Counted from the first letter of the stretch, positions 51,823 through 63,791 are shown. The stretch is DNA of 64,000 nt from an uncultured Planctomycetota bacterium (GCA_963849325.1 CAWKHF010000005.1:704001-768000); one strand, 5' to 3'. The notes: generated by a model from the sequence alone, not told the origin. Numbers and translations: made by a program.

Positions 51823-52453
51823 CCTTCTGCTCGGCGTCACCGGCTCGGTGGCCGCCATCAAAACCCCGTTGCTGTACGAGACGCTGAAACGTGCGGGCCA
51901 TGCCGTCAAGGTGGTCGCCACGCAAGCCTCTCTCTATTTCTTCGACCCGGCCGCTATCGAGCGCGAAACCCTCGTCCTCGATGAGGACGAATGGCCGGGG
52001 CGGAACGAAGGACGGCGTTGGCAGCGGGACGAGGAGGTGCTGCACATCGAATTGCGCCGCTGGGCGGACGTGCTGCTGATCGCGCCTTTGGACGCAAATA
52101 CGCTCGCTAAACTCGCCAATGGCCTCGCCGACAACTGCCTGACCTGCGTGTGGCGCGCCTGGGAGCCGGGCCGGCCGGTGGTGCTGGCGCCGGCGATGAA
52201 CACGCTCATGTGGCAGCATCCGGCGACCGGCCGGCACCTGCGCCAGATCGCCGCCGACATGGGGGCGACGCCGCCCGCCGACGTGCCGCTGGACGAACTG
52301 CCCGAGTGGATCAACGGCCACAACCCGCGTCTGCGCATCGCGGCCCCGGAGGACCGGCGGCTGGCCTGCGGCGACGTCGGCGTCGGCGCCATGGCGTCCG
52401 TGGAAACGATCACGGAAATGGTTCAAGTCCTGCTTCGCATCGCCGCCCCTTGA
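51815..52453 (+). CDS. coaC: Phosphopantothenoylcysteine decarboxylase-like flavoprotein
   Basis: GVTGSVAA.K, HIELRRWAD, APL.ANTLAK.ANG.ADN, APAMN..MW, LACGD.G.GAM. Confidence 0.88.
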   Translation: MANLLLGVTGSVAAIKTPLLYETLKRAGHAVKVVATQASLYFFDPAAIERETLVLDEDEWPGRNEGRRWQRDEEVLHIELRRWADVLLIAPLDANTLAKLANGLADNCLTCVWRAWEPGRPVVLAPAMNTLMWQHPATGRHLRQIAADMGATPPADVPLDELPEWINGHNPRLRIAAPEDRRLACGDVGVGAMASVETITEMVQVLLRIAAP

Positions 52454-52530
52454 CAGCCGGTCCTCCCATCAGCTAATTTGCATATGCCTCTCCGCACATC
52501 CAGGACGCCTTTCTTGCAGGAGGTCCACTC

Positions 52531-53190
52531 ATGTCTGCGCGTTGGCAATTCCCCCTCGTCGTCTCCTTGTTGGGCATCGCTTTCGCCGGTGGTCCTTACG
52601 CGAACCGTGCTCGCGCTCAGTGCCGCCACGGCGGAGGGGCCAATTCCCAACAAACCCCGGGGCTGATGCAGCAGCAATTGATGCAGCAGCAATTGATGCA
52701 ACAGCGGATGTTGATGCAGCAAATCCAGCGACAGCAATTGATGCAGACGGTGCAGCTCGATCGTCAGATGCGCGAGATGGTCCGCCAGGGACCCGAGGCG
52801 ATCAAGGACGCCCTGCACGGTTCGTCCGCGGAGAAGCGCGCGTTGGCCGCCCTGGTTGTCGGCAAGTACGGCCCCGCGCTGACGGACGATTTGATCCAGC
52901 TGCTGACCGACGACCAGGCTTTCGTTCGTCAGGCGGCTCGGCGTGGACTGGTCCAGTTGAACACCAGCACCGTGACGCGCGACGGCAAGCCGGTCAGCGG
53001 ACGCAGCGTCGATTTTGGACCAGCTCCTCAGGCCAATCGCGCCGCTCAGAAAGCCGCCGCCCGTAAGTGGAGCCTTTGGTTCGAGCGGCAGCAGACGCGC
53101 CTCGCCAAGACGAAAGCGGCCAGCCCTCCCGCGGCCGCGACTCCTCCCCTGAAGGGCATCGCCGCGGCGGCAGCCAAACCGGCGCCCTGA
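52531..53190 (+). CDS. Secreted HEAT-repeat protein with a Q/M-rich tract
   Basis: Signal peptide; (MQQQL)n; LI.LL.D....VR.AA..GL; VDFGP. Confidence 0.75.
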   Translation: MSARWQFPLVVSLLGIAFAGGPYANRARAQCRHGGGANSQQTPGLMQQQLMQQQLMQQRMLMQQIQRQQLMQTVQLDRQMREMVRQGPEAIKDALHGSSAEKRALAALVVGKYGPALTDDLIQLLTDDQAFVRQAARRGLVQLNTSTVTRDGKPVSGRSVDFGPAPQANRAAQKAAARKWSLWFERQQTRLAKTKAASPPAAATPPLKGIAAAAAKPAP

Positions 53191-53217
53191 CGGAAGGGAC
53201 GAGGCACGGCCCCAAGC

Positions 53218-54444
53218 TCACAAACCATGCACGGCGACGACAGTGCAGTTATCGCTGCCGCCGCCCTGGTTGGCCAACTCGATCAGGCGATTCGCCAAAC
53301 CCGCCGCGGACGTACCCGCCTTGGCGATCACCTCCTGCATCATGCGGTCGGTGACGTGCGCGTACAGGCCGTCGCAGCAGGCCACCAGCCAATCGCCCTT
53401 GCCCAGCGTCAACTCATAGCGTGCCGGCTCGAGGAGGGCGTACTTGCCGATGGCTTGCGATACCTCGTGGCGGCGCGGGTGCTTGGCCGCCTCCTCCGGC
53501 GTCAGCTGGCCCAGCTCGACCATGCGGGCCACCAACGTCTGATCGCGCGTCACCTGCGTCAGCCGGCCGCCGCTGGCGTGGTAGACGCGGCAGTCGCCCA
53601 CCAGGCTGATGTAGACCTGGCCGTCCCATAGCAGCAGCGCCACGGCCGTCGAACCCATGCCCTTGCAGTCGGCGTCCTGCTGCGCCTTCTCGCGGACCAA
53701 TCGATTCGCTTCGAGCATGCCGCGATCCAGCGTCTCGGCCAGGTCCGCAGACACCGATTTGCCGCTGAGCACATCGGCCACCAGGGGCATGACCGCGCCG
53801 CCGAGGGCGCGGACGACGAGCGCGCTGGCCCGGTCGCCGGCCTGGTGGCCGCCCATGCCGTCGGCGATGACGATCAAGGCGATTTCGTGCATCCGGTCGA
53901 GGCTGCTCCAGGTACACTGCTGCACCAGCAGGCTGTCTTCGTTGCGATCGCGCACTCGGCCGCGCGTGGTGGCGCTGCCGAGGACGAGACGCACGGTCGG
54001 CGCCGACGGCCCGGCGGCGGCCGGCGCCGCCTTCTTCTCCCGGGTGACTCCTTCCAGCTCATCCAGGAGTTCCATCACCCGCTCGTCGTCGTCCACCGGC
54101 GCGGCGGCGGCCTCGCCGTCCCAGGGCGCGGCGAACATTTCCTGCTCGGCCTGCTCGGCTTGCCGCACGTCGTCGAGCCAGTCGGACGGCGCCGGCGCGG
54201 CGGCCGGCTTCTCGTCCTCGGCGGCGCGCAGGTCGCTCAGCCAGTCGGGCGCGGCCTTGCTGGGGGCGGCAGGGGAGAAATCGACGGCGGTTTGCGCCGG
54301 CACCGCCTGAGTGTGGTCCTTGCCTTCCGGCCAAATGAGGTCGGTCGGCCCCAGCTGTCCGGCGAGGGCCAGCTGTCGCAGCTGCGCCGCCGTCGCCGGG
54401 CCGAGCGTCTGACCCGCGTGCGTGTAATACCAGCGATCGGCCAT
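53218..54444 (-). CDS. GYF_2 (DUF4339) + PP2C-family Ser/Thr phosphatase
   Basis: WYY...G...GP...L..TDLIW.EG; R..NEDS, IADGMGG, GST, VGDCR.Y, CCDGL, GG.DN.T. Confidence 0.92.
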   Translation of the reverse strand: MADRWYYTHAGQTLGPATAAQLRQLALAGQLGPTDLIWPEGKDHTQAVPAQTAVDFSPAAPSKAAPDWLSDLRAAEDEKPAAAPAPSDWLDDVRQAEQAEQEMFAAPWDGEAAAAPVDDDERVMELLDELEGVTREKKAAPAAAGPSAPTVRLVLGSATTRGRVRDRNEDSLLVQQCTWSSLDRMHEIALIVIADGMGGHQAGDRASALVVRALGGAVMPLVADVLSGKSVSADLAETLDRGMLEANRLVREKAQQDADCKGMGSTAVALLLWDGQVYISLVGDCRVYHASGGRLTQVTRDQTLVARMVELGQLTPEEAAKHPRRHEVSQAIGKYALLEPARYELTLGKGDWLVACCDGLYAHVTDRMMQEVIAKAGTSAAGLANRLIELANQGGGSDNCTVVAVHGL

Positions 54445-54533
54445 AAGGATTTCCCGTCTCTCTACCAGCCCGGAACGTCCGCGACGGGTTTTTTCCCGTC
54501 GGGGACACTCCGGGTTAGTCGTTTTGCAGCCCC

Positions 54534-57500
54534 TCAGCGAACCGGCGTCACCACGATCGATTTGATCTCGATGTCGCCGTCCTCCGACCACACGCGCACC
54601 GGCGAGCGGGCGTTGGGGAGCGTGCTGAGGCTGGAGCTGCCCTGTCCGCCGATACCCCGACCATTCACCCAGGCCGTCAACCCATCCCGCTTCATCAAGA
54701 TGCGGATCTCCTGCAAGGCGCCGGGAGCGGGGTTCAGCCGCGCGACTGCGTTGTGGACGAACCGACTCCGTTCGTCCGGGTCCGATTCGTAGGGCCAGTA
54801 GACCCGCGCTTTCACGGACGTTCCGTCGGGGTCGAGGGTCAAGGCGCCGCCGCTGAGGAAAGAGATGCGAAGGTGCCCCTTGGGCAACACCACTGTCACA
54901 CGAATGTCAATCGGGCCATCGTAGAGCTGGCGCGTTGTGACGGGCAGAAACGCCGGGACGTGGAGGAGCGTCCCTACAGCCGGCCTTGTAATCGACTTGG
55001 CGTTGGCATAGTCCAGGTCGTGGAACGGACGGCCTAGTTCCGGCAGCTTGCCGATCAGGGAACCGAGATTTTTTTTGCGCGGGCCTGGTCCTTCTTGTCC
55101 GCTTTCGGATTGTCCAGGCAGCGCTGATACCAGAAGTACGCCCGCCGCCGAGCGGCGGCCTTGTCCTTGGCGTCCGCCTTGTCCGCGTACTTGGCCCACT
55201 CGTCGCCGAGGTCTGCCTGCTCGGTGGGGCCGGCCGGATCGTCCACATCCTTCCCGGCCAGTTCACTCAGCGCCATGTCCTTGTCGCCACCCTTGGCCAG
55301 AAGCGGCAGACCAGCCTCCCAGTCACCGCGCACGAAACTGCGGAAGCGGCCCAGCGCCAGGTTCCCCTCGGGATCGTCCAGATCCTGATCCAACTTCTGG
55401 ACGGAGGGTTTGATCGCCGTGTACTCCTTGCGAAGGGACTCGAACGGGCCGGACGCCCGCTCCACCGCCTTGCCCAGGACGGTGCTCATGTCGGCCTTGA
55501 GGGCGGCGGCGCGGGCCACCTTCAACAGACGTTCGCCCCGGACGAAGTCCTCGTCGATCACGGCGCGATCCAACAGCAGCAGCGCCTTCTGCGTGAGGAT
55601 GCGGTATTTCTCCTTCTCTTCTTTCTTTCCGGAGAGTTTGCCCAGGACCTGCTCGAGAGCCTCGCATTTGACCTCCAACGGTTCGACGGAGAACTGGGAG
55701 CTTAGCTCCGAAACGGCGCGGACGGCCGTGCTCACTTCGCCGCTCTCGACGGCCAGGTCGCGCGCTTTGAGCAGCATGACGTAGCGCAAACCCGGATCGG
55801 GCTGACGCCGGTTCTCTTCGCACAACCGGGCCGATAGACTGCGCGAAGACATCGATTTGAGATCGTCCTTGTAAATAACTTGGAACAGCTTCTGCTTCTC
55901 GACCACCGTCTGCTCGTTGGGGACTTCCATCGTATTGAAGGACCGGCGCGGCCGAGGTCGAGGCGGGGGGGGCGGTTTGACCACGGTAACCGCCGACGAA
56001 CCCGGCAGATCGACGCGGACCATTTCTCCTGGTCCCTGCTTGAACTGGAACTGATCGAAGACGGGGGCGAAAGTCCGGGCGGAAGTCGAGCCGGCGAGGA
56101 CGCCGAGCTTGACCTTGGCCGGCCATTCGATTTCCAACGGTTTGACGTCGTGCCATTGTTGGCCGTCTTCGCTGTAGGAGGCCAAGATCGTGTTGCCGCG
56201 ACGCCTCAGCCGCAAGTAGGTTTCCTCTTCACTCAAGCTCGGGAAATTGTGTCCGACGTTCTTCAGCACGCCGTCCTGACGCACTTCCCAGTTGGCATAC
56301 AGCGTCGAAGGTTTTCGCTCGTGCCATCCCGCGCGTTCCCAACGAAGGAAGGTGCCTTCCTTGACCCACACCAGCAGGCCAGCTCCGATCCAGGAATACG
56401 GCCCCCGGGTCGCGGTCTTCGCGGGCACGAAGTCGCCGCCAACCCGCACCTGCGCCGTGAAGTCGCCTTCAACGTCGAACAGCACGCGCGGGGAGTTCGC
56501 GCGATTGTCGGGGCCTTCCAGGATGTGAGGCTTGTCCGGGACGGCGATGGTCAGCTTGCCGGCGACATTGGGGAACTTGCAATCGCCATCGGGATCAACC
56601 GGCTTCTCCCAGGCGACGGCGGACCCGCTGGGTGACGACGGATTGACAGCGACCATAGTCGCGCCCGAGAGAGGAAACGTATCGAGGTGGATTTTGTCGC
56701 CGTTGAGACTGGCGCAGAGCAATTGCTTGCTGTCGAGCGAAAAGCCGGCGCTCAGCATATCCGCGGAGGAGGCGAGACCGGGCACGTTTTGGCGCGTGGC
56801 CAGGTTCCAGACGCGGACCTCACGACTACCGGCGGCCAGGACGAAGGCGTTGTCGGGAGAAAAAACCAGTTGATGAATGGGACCGCTCGGCAGGCTCGAC
56901 TGCCAAAGAAGTTTGCCATTGCTTGTTTCCCACAGGGAGAGGAGCGGGGATTGACCTCCTTGCACCGAGGCGACATACTTGCCGTCCGGCGAAGCCGCGA
57001 TGCTGCCGACCGGCTCCGGGCGGCCGCGGAAGGACCGAATACCTCCATTGGGGACGAGGGACCACATCATCATCACCTGATCGATGTCCTTGTCGCCGCG
57101 CTCGAAGCCAATGAAGAATGCCTGGTTATCGGCGGAGAAGGCCAGACAGAGAGGGCGTCGTTGAAACCCATAACCATTTTGCTTCGACGCCTCGAAGTCC
57201 CATCGGTGGCAGTTCCGCAGGTCGCGGGTGTTGGTGAAGGCCCCTTGCCGCCCATCGGGAGACAGAGCGACGGTAACGATGGGCGCACGGTTGGAAACGG
57301 TGCGGATCGTCTCTCCGGTCTGTACGTTCCACAGGCGTATGCTTCCATCCACAGAGCCGGTGAGGACACGCTGTCCGTCGGCGGAAAACGCCACGGACGT
57401 AATCGCTCCCTTATGTCCGGTAAACGTGCGGATGACGTCGTTGGTTTGCGGGTTGACCAGGCGCCAGGTTGCTTCTCCTTCGTTGGAGATGGCCAGCATG

Positions 57501-59551
57501 TCCCCCTTCGGCGACAGAAGGAAGATACGCTCCGCCACCAAGGTGCTCGCGGGTGCGTGCAGCGGCTTGCCCTCGACGCCCTGGCGCCGGATGTCCTGGA
57601 TCTCGGAATCCGACAGCGCGGCGGGCTGAGCGTGACCTCGTCGAGGACACCCTTCATATTCACGCCCAGGAAGTCGAAGGCGCCCTCATCGGGGCCGGCG
57701 GTCATCTGCGATTTCAACTCGTAAGTGCGATCGTCAACGATCAGCCGCAGGTCGCCTTGGCTGGTGCCGCCGTTGCGGAGCACGGCGGCGAGAAAGACCC
57801 ATTGTCCTTTCGGAAAGACCAACTGGCGCGTGCTGGACTTGATCCATAAGTCCGGCCGATGGTCCGGGTTCCAGGCACTGACCCACAGCATGCGCTCGAT
57901 ATCGGTCGTGAGGCCGAAATGGAAGTCTTTCAATGGCTCGTTCGCCCGCGCAGTAGATCCAACAAACTTTGTCGTTCGTATCGTCCAGGCGGACCCAGGC
58001 CGTAAGCGTGTAGTTGGGTAGGCGGTTGATGAGCGAGCGCTTCAGGCGGAGAGAGCCGCCATTGCACGCCAGGCCGCCGCCGGCCTTGCCCTCGTCGGTG
58101 AAGGCCACCTTATCGCACAAGCCGTCGTTGCCGCGACCGCTCCGGTCGCGGACGTAGGTTTGGCCGTCCTTCTGATAGAACGAGTCCTTGTCGAAATTCA
58201 TCACCAGCACGGCGTCCTGGAGAGGCCCCACGGTCGGAGCGGGAGGCGGTTGGACCACGTTCCGGGGGCGAGGGTTGTCGTTGTTGACGGGGCTGCTCGG
58301 TGGGACGACCGGCGGTTGTTGATCGGCTTCCGGCTCCGGCTTGGACGCCTCCGACTTGGGCGGCTTCGACTGGGGCCGATTCTGCGCGACGGGTGTATCG
58401 CGCTTGGCAGACGAACCGCCGCGTAGCCCCAGGCCGGCGCCCACACCGATGCCCAGCAACAGCAGCAGGGCCGCCGCGCCGCCAATGGCGCCCCAGGCCC
58501 AGATCGGCATCTTGCCTGTCGCCTTCCGCTTCTTGTCAATCGGCTCGCCTGGCTCGCCGTCGCCGAAGTCCCAATCCGGTCCCTGCGCCGCGGCCGATTG
58601 TCCGTCGGCCGTCGCCTTCGTCGCCTTGCTCGCCCGCTTTTCCTCCGGCACCAGTTCCGTCAACAGCGGCACCTTGTCCAGCGGACCCCGGCAAGCGTCA
58701 TACAGTTCCTTCACCAGCGGCTGCGCCTGCGCATCTCGTATCTCCAACAGTTCCTTGAACAGCGGCGACTCGGTCGGCGCCGACAAGTCGGATTGGCGGA
58801 ACAGCAGGTTGTCGCCGTTGTCATAACGCTCCCACAACGAGCGACCGCCGACCGTCAGGCAACGCAGACCCGTGGCGATTGCCAACAGAGAAAAGCGATC
58901 CACTTCCTGGTTGTACGCTCCCGTCCGCAAGCGTTCGGGATGCTGGAAGGCGGGATGGCCGACCTCGCCCGACTTCTTGCCCGCCAATGCCGGCACGCAC
59001 ATGCCGTCGTAATCGATCAGCTTGACCGCCAGCGAATTGGCATTGCTGCCGGGCACCAACAGGACGTTGCCGTGCTGCAAATCGCAGTGTGCCAGCTTGG
59101 CGTCGCGCAGACGTCGCGCCATGCGCAGCCAGATTTGACCCATCGCCTGCAAGATCGGCTTCTTGTCCAGGTTGTCGCGGACGAACTCGTTGAGGACGAA
59201 GCCCTCGACCCACTGCATTTTGAGGATGGGATACCATTGGCCGCGAACGCGGATGCCCTGCTCCAGATACTGGAAATCGACCATGAACGGCAGGTTGGTC
59301 TGGTGCAGGTACTTGCTGATTTCGTGATAGCGTTCGCGCAGGCCGGCGACTTCGCGGGTGAAGCACTTGACGGCCCAGCGCGAGCCGGACGGGCAGCGCA
59401 CCTCGTAGACATCGGCGAAGTTGCCGGAGCGCGGCAGAGGAATGCCCAGGGCGTTGCTGACCGCCTCGCCCGTCTTCAGCTCGGCGTCGCCGAAGCTCTG
59501 GCGCGGGTCCTGGATGGCTTCGTTGTAATCCTGGGACAGAGGCCAACTCAT
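54534..59551 (-). CDS. Large TerY-associated protein kinase with TM helix, LamG-like, WD40 and DUF1349-like domains; about four frameshifts
   Basis: SGNFADVY, AVKCF, HCDLQHGN, LIDYDG in ORF 57734-59551; continuation in ORFs 57073-57933, 55055-57541, 54534-55199. Confidence 0.75.
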
Positions 59552-59571
59552 GGGGCAAACTCCTGCGATTT

Positions 59572-59636
59572 CGTTTAGCCGCGACGCGCAGCGGAGCGCG
59601 GGGCTGTCGCGTTCCGCTGCGCGTCGCGGCTAAACG
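59572..59636. repeat. REP-like palindrome (GCCGCGACG family), copy 3
   Basis: Inverted repeat overlapping the PP2C stop codon. Confidence 0.85.
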
Positions 59637-60391
59637 GGAAAGTCGATAATCACCAGTGTCACGTCGTCGTTGCGCAGACCCTGCTTGTCGCGGCGCTCCT
59701 CGACCCAGCCGGCGAAGGCGTCGAGCGGGGCCGACTCCGCCAGCAGGCCGGCGATGTCGTCGCCGGGCCGGCCGTCCTCTTCGCCGCGGCGCAGCGACCA
59801 CTCGGCCAGGGCGTCGGTCATGAGCAGGAAGCGGTCGCCGGGCCGCCATCGGCCGTCGACGCGCCGGACGGCCGGATGCGGCGTATCGATGGGCCGGCCG
59901 CGCGAGCCGAGCAGCGGCGGTTGATTGCCGAAGTCGGCCGAGCGCTTCAGCGGGAAGGCGTGGCGCAGTCGGCCCCTGCTCAGGTGGAACAGGCAGCTGT
60001 CGCCGACGGCCACCGCCCGCCACGGACCCGATTCCTCATTCGCTTCCGGTTGGTGGAAGGCGACGCCCAGAAACGTGGCGAAGGCGCCCTGCTCGCGCTT
60101 GTCCTCAGCATACCACGGCAGCGTCAGGCCATCGACCTCCGCTACCCAGCGCTGACGCGGCGGTGTCAGCCAATCCAACTCCTGCCACGGCTGACCTTCC
60201 GCGGCGACGAAGCCTTCGACCAGGTATTTCGCCCAGGTCGCCACGAAGGAACTCTCCGAGGCGCCGTCGGCCACGGCGAAGCGTCCACGATCCGGGTCGC
60301 CGGCGAAGGCGTCCTCGTACTCCTCCGGCGCGTGGCCGCGCTTGGGCAGGTGGAAGGCGTGCCAGCGCGGGAGAAGGCCGTTGTCGGGCAT
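59630..60391 (-). CDS. PP2C-like phosphatase (TerY-P type)
   Basis: EDA, AVADGAS, VGDSCL, MTDAL, NDDVT. Confidence 0.88.
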   Translation of the reverse strand: MPDNGLLPRWHAFHLPKRGHAPEEYEDAFAGDPDRGRFAVADGASESSFVATWAKYLVEGFVAAEGQPWQELDWLTPPRQRWVAEVDGLTLPWYAEDKREQGAFATFLGVAFHQPEANEESGPWRAVAVGDSCLFHLSRGRLRHAFPLKRSADFGNQPPLLGSRGRPIDTPHPAVRRVDGRWRPGDRFLLMTDALAEWSLRRGEEDGRPGDDIAGLLAESAPLDAFAGWVEERRDKQGLRNDDVTLVIIDFPV

Positions 60392-60426
60392 GGTTTACCG
60401 CACCGTCTGGGCCACGCGCGTGCCTT

Positions 60427-60528
60427 TCTCCCCTCTCCCCCGCTTCGGGGGAGAGGGGTAGGGGGTGAGGGGGAGGTTCCTCCCCCTCACCCCCTACCCC
60501 TCTCCCCCGAAGCGGGGGAGAGGGGGGA
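60427..60528. repeat. REP-like palindrome (CCCCTCTCCCCC...GGGGGAGAGGGG family)
   Basis: Nested inverted repeats; related to the core of 47973-48116. Confidence 0.85.
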
Positions 60529-60534
60529 CTCGAT

Positions 60535-61374
60535 TTACCGCACCGTCTGGGCCACGCGGGTGCCGATGTCCAAAAAGCGGACCACCGACACTAGGTCGGC
60601 GTTGAAGACGAAGCCACGCGCTCCCGCATCCACCGGAAACTTGTCGGCCCGCGCCGCCTCGAACAGCCGTGTCGGCAGCTTGCTCGACATGCGAAACAGC
60701 AGCTTGGCGAAGTTGTCGGGCAGACCATCCTCGGCCGCCGGGAACTCGATGGGCAGCACCTTTGACTTCGAGACGTGCGTGTTGAACAGCAGCACGTTGC
60801 CGTCCTGGCTGGCCAGCTCGCGCACCGTCTTGGCCGCCGGCAGCGGATCGCCGTCGGTGGCCATGCCGTCGGTGACATTGATGACCAACGGCGGATAGCA
60901 AGAGGAGAAGCGGCCGAGGAAGACTTCGAGGTATTGCTTGGCGAGCTGGAACGCCTCGCACATGGGCGTGCGGCCGGTGGCCTTGGACTCGAACCAGACG
61001 GGAAACTTGAACGACTGTTCCAGGATGCCGCCGGCGCCGTCATCGACGCGGCGCGTGCGCTGCTCGACGCGCAGCGGGTTGTTGGCAATGGCGCTGATGG
61101 GCACCAGGGTTTGCCCGGCCAGGCCGCCGCCCAGGGCCGAGTTGACGCGGCCGCCGTAACCGATGACGCCGACATAGAAGTAATCGCGGATGCCGTCGGA
61201 CTTGGCGCACTTGAGGATGAGGTTTTGCAGCAGGCGGTTGATGGCGTCGGCGACACCCTCGGACTTTTTCTTGTCCTCCTGGCCGCCGAATGGCTCCAGC
61301 ATCGAACTGGACTGATCGACGAGGAAAACGAAACAGGTGGGATTGGTGCGGGTGATCTCGGCGCTGTACGGCAT
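60535..61374 (-). CDS. vWA domain protein (TerY-like)
   Basis: MIDAS FLVDQSSSM, G.TPM, INVTDG. Confidence 0.88.
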   Translation of the reverse strand: MPYSAEITRTNPTCFVFLVDQSSSMLEPFGGQEDKKKSEGVADAINRLLQNLILKCAKSDGIRDYFYVGVIGYGGRVNSALGGGLAGQTLVPISAIANNPLRVEQRTRRVDDGAGGILEQSFKFPVWFESKATGRTPMCEAFQLAKQYLEVFLGRFSSCYPPLVINVTDGMATDGDPLPAAKTVRELASQDGNVLLFNTHVSKSKVLPIEFPAAEDGLPDNFAKLLFRMSSKLPTRLFEAARADKFPVDAGARGFVFNADLVSVVRFLDIGTRVAQTVR

Positions 61375-61485
61375 GGGCCAGCTCGATTCGTCGGGGCGAG
61401 GGAGAAACAACGGAGGCGCTTATTAGAACGAGTCTAACAGCGCTCTCGCCCCGCAACAAGGGTGTGGAGAGCCCTTACTTTTTTG

Positions 61486-61545
61486 GGCGAACGGCCGGCG
61501 TTAGCCGACTGGTTCTTACCAGCCGGCTAACGCCGGCCGTTCGCC
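61486..61545. repeat. REP-like palindrome (GGCGAACGGCCGGCG family), copy 2
   Basis: Inverted repeat containing the transglutaminase stop codon. Confidence 0.85.
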
Positions 61546-63778
61546 ATCCGTAGCGCCTTGGCGAGACGGTGCAGATCGGCATCGAGTGTCCGGTCCTCGT
61601 CCGCGCTCAGCGGGCGAGCGCCGAAACGCACCCGGTAGAACAGCTCGACCACACGGCCGGGCAAGTCCGCCACGACGGCCAGGCCCGGCCGCGTCCGCAA
61701 AAGTTGTCGCGCCGCCTCGCCGAACTCCCACGGCGTCTGTCCGGGGCGTGGCCGCAACGAGGCGCGGCGCGCCAGCAGGACGAGGAGACGATCGTAGAAG
61801 GCCCCGACGTTATCCGGCCGCGCGCGGCCAACCGGCGCCGGAGGAACAGGCGGCGAAGGAAAGGCAACGCCACCAGCGCCGTCGAACCGGCCGCGAGAAG
61901 GAAGCCGAGCCGTGCCAGCGTACTCGGATGGCCGTCGGGGTTGAGGCGGTCCCACAGGTCGGCCTGTTGGTCGGCGTTGTACTCGACGATCAACGATTGC
62001 CACAGTTGCGCGACGCCGCGCCGGCCTTCCTGCCACCAGTAGGCCAGCGCGAAGGCGACCGGCGACGAGGCCGGCTCGGCCGGCGTCGGATCCAGCGTCA
62101 ACCAGTCGAACGGCGGCGACGCCTCGCGGCTCGGCACCAGGGCCTCGACCCAGGCGTGGGCGTGGCGGTGGCGCACGACGTAGCGGCCGCCACCCTGGTC
62201 CTCCGCCCCGCGAAATCCCTTGACCAGCCGGGCCGGGATGCCCAGCGAGCGCAGCATCAACGTCAGGGCGGCGGCGTATCGTTCGCAGTGGCCCTGCTTG
62301 AGGTTGACCAGGAAATCCATCACCGGGTCCATGCCCAGGTCCTTGCGGGTCAACTGCAGGGAATAACCGAACTCGCCCGAGTTGGCCAGGTAGTCGGTCA
62401 AGACGCGGGCCACCGCCTCCCAATCTTCCGAGCGGTCGATCAGGAAGGCGTGTTGTGGTCCCGCCAGGGCCACGCACACGCTGTCCGGCAGATGGTAGCG
62501 CGGCTGGACCGAGAGGCGGCGCAACAGGTCGAAGGTCCACTCCTGCATGCCGGGCAGGTTCTGACGGATCAGGCGTTCGACATACGGTCCCGACTGGACG
62601 CCTTCGGCGGGTACGCGCCGCGGATCGGCTCCCGCGCGGAGGACCTGGCGATAGTGGTACTCCCTTCGGCGAAACGGGGCCAGCGGCAGGACGGTGCCCG
62701 ACGCCTCGGAAAACAGGGGGTGGCCGCGGCTGGGGCCGGGCACCTGGACGACGGGCAGACGGGCGGACTCGGGTCCGAAATGAATGGGTTCGGCCAGCAC
62801 CAGTCCGCCGGCCTGACGCGGCTGGACGGTGAAGGTCAGGAAACACTGGCCCGGCCCGAAGTCCGGCAGCTCTTTCTGGCGAGGTCTCCTTCGGAAAGGC
62901 CGGGGGGGCATCGCCATCCATCTGCCCGCCTCGTAGCTGTCGAACACCGCGCCGCGCCAGCGCTGGTCGCCGGGCAGGTCTAGCTTGGGCTGGTCGTCGG
63001 CGTCGCTGGCCAGGACCTCCAGGGCCACCTCGTTGTCCGGCTCCAGGGTGCCGGTGTGATTGAGGTCGATTTCCTCGCTCTGGCCGACCCGCAGGTGCGC
63101 TGGCTGATCCGATTCCGGGCGAAGGTCCTCCAACGGCTCCCAGGCCGAGCCATCCTGCCGCGGCGTAAGCAGGAACAGCAACAGCGTCAGGGCAACCACC
63201 AGCAGACCCCAGCGACAGGTGAACGCCAACAGCCAGCGGGCGGAGATCGTTTGCCGGGCGACGGTCGGCTCGGCCGGACCCGACAGCCGATAGCGCAGGG
63301 CGAGGACGGCGAGGGTGCTGGCGAGGTAGACGGCCAGCAAGCCGCCGAACGCCGGCCCCTCGGCCAGCACACAGCCCAGGCCGACTTGCAGCAGCCCCAA
63401 CCCTTGCAGACGCCAGAAGTCGCCCGGCCGGCGCGGCTGGAACACTTTGACGAGCAGGGCGGCGATCAGCAGCGGTCCCATGTACGGCACCAGGGCCAAC
63501 TGCACCGGCACGCGCGTCAACCACGATTCGGGATCGGCCAGGTGCAGGGCCAGCCAGGCCACTCCTCCGCCGCCGATCAGCGCGGCCAGGACGTTCGCTC
63601 CCCAGACCGGCAGGCTCCAGCGTCCTTCGGCCCACCAGGCCAACAACAACAGCGCCAACACCGGGGCCAAGCACATTTGCAGGCTGGGCAGGAAGAACGA
63701 CTCCGCGAACACCAGGGCCACACACGACAGTCCCAGCGTCGCGTAACCGCAGAGGCGGAACCAACTCTCCAGAGACAT
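61527..63778 (-). CDS. TgpA-like membrane transglutaminase (DUF3488 + TGase + DUF4129), frameshift near 61810
   Basis: N-terminal TMs; WRG..FD.Y; GHCERYA, GIPARLV.GF, AHAWVE, DPTP; C-terminal QTP.EF, FY.VRFG. Confidence 0.9.
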
Positions 63779-63791
63779 CGGCGTCCTCCGG

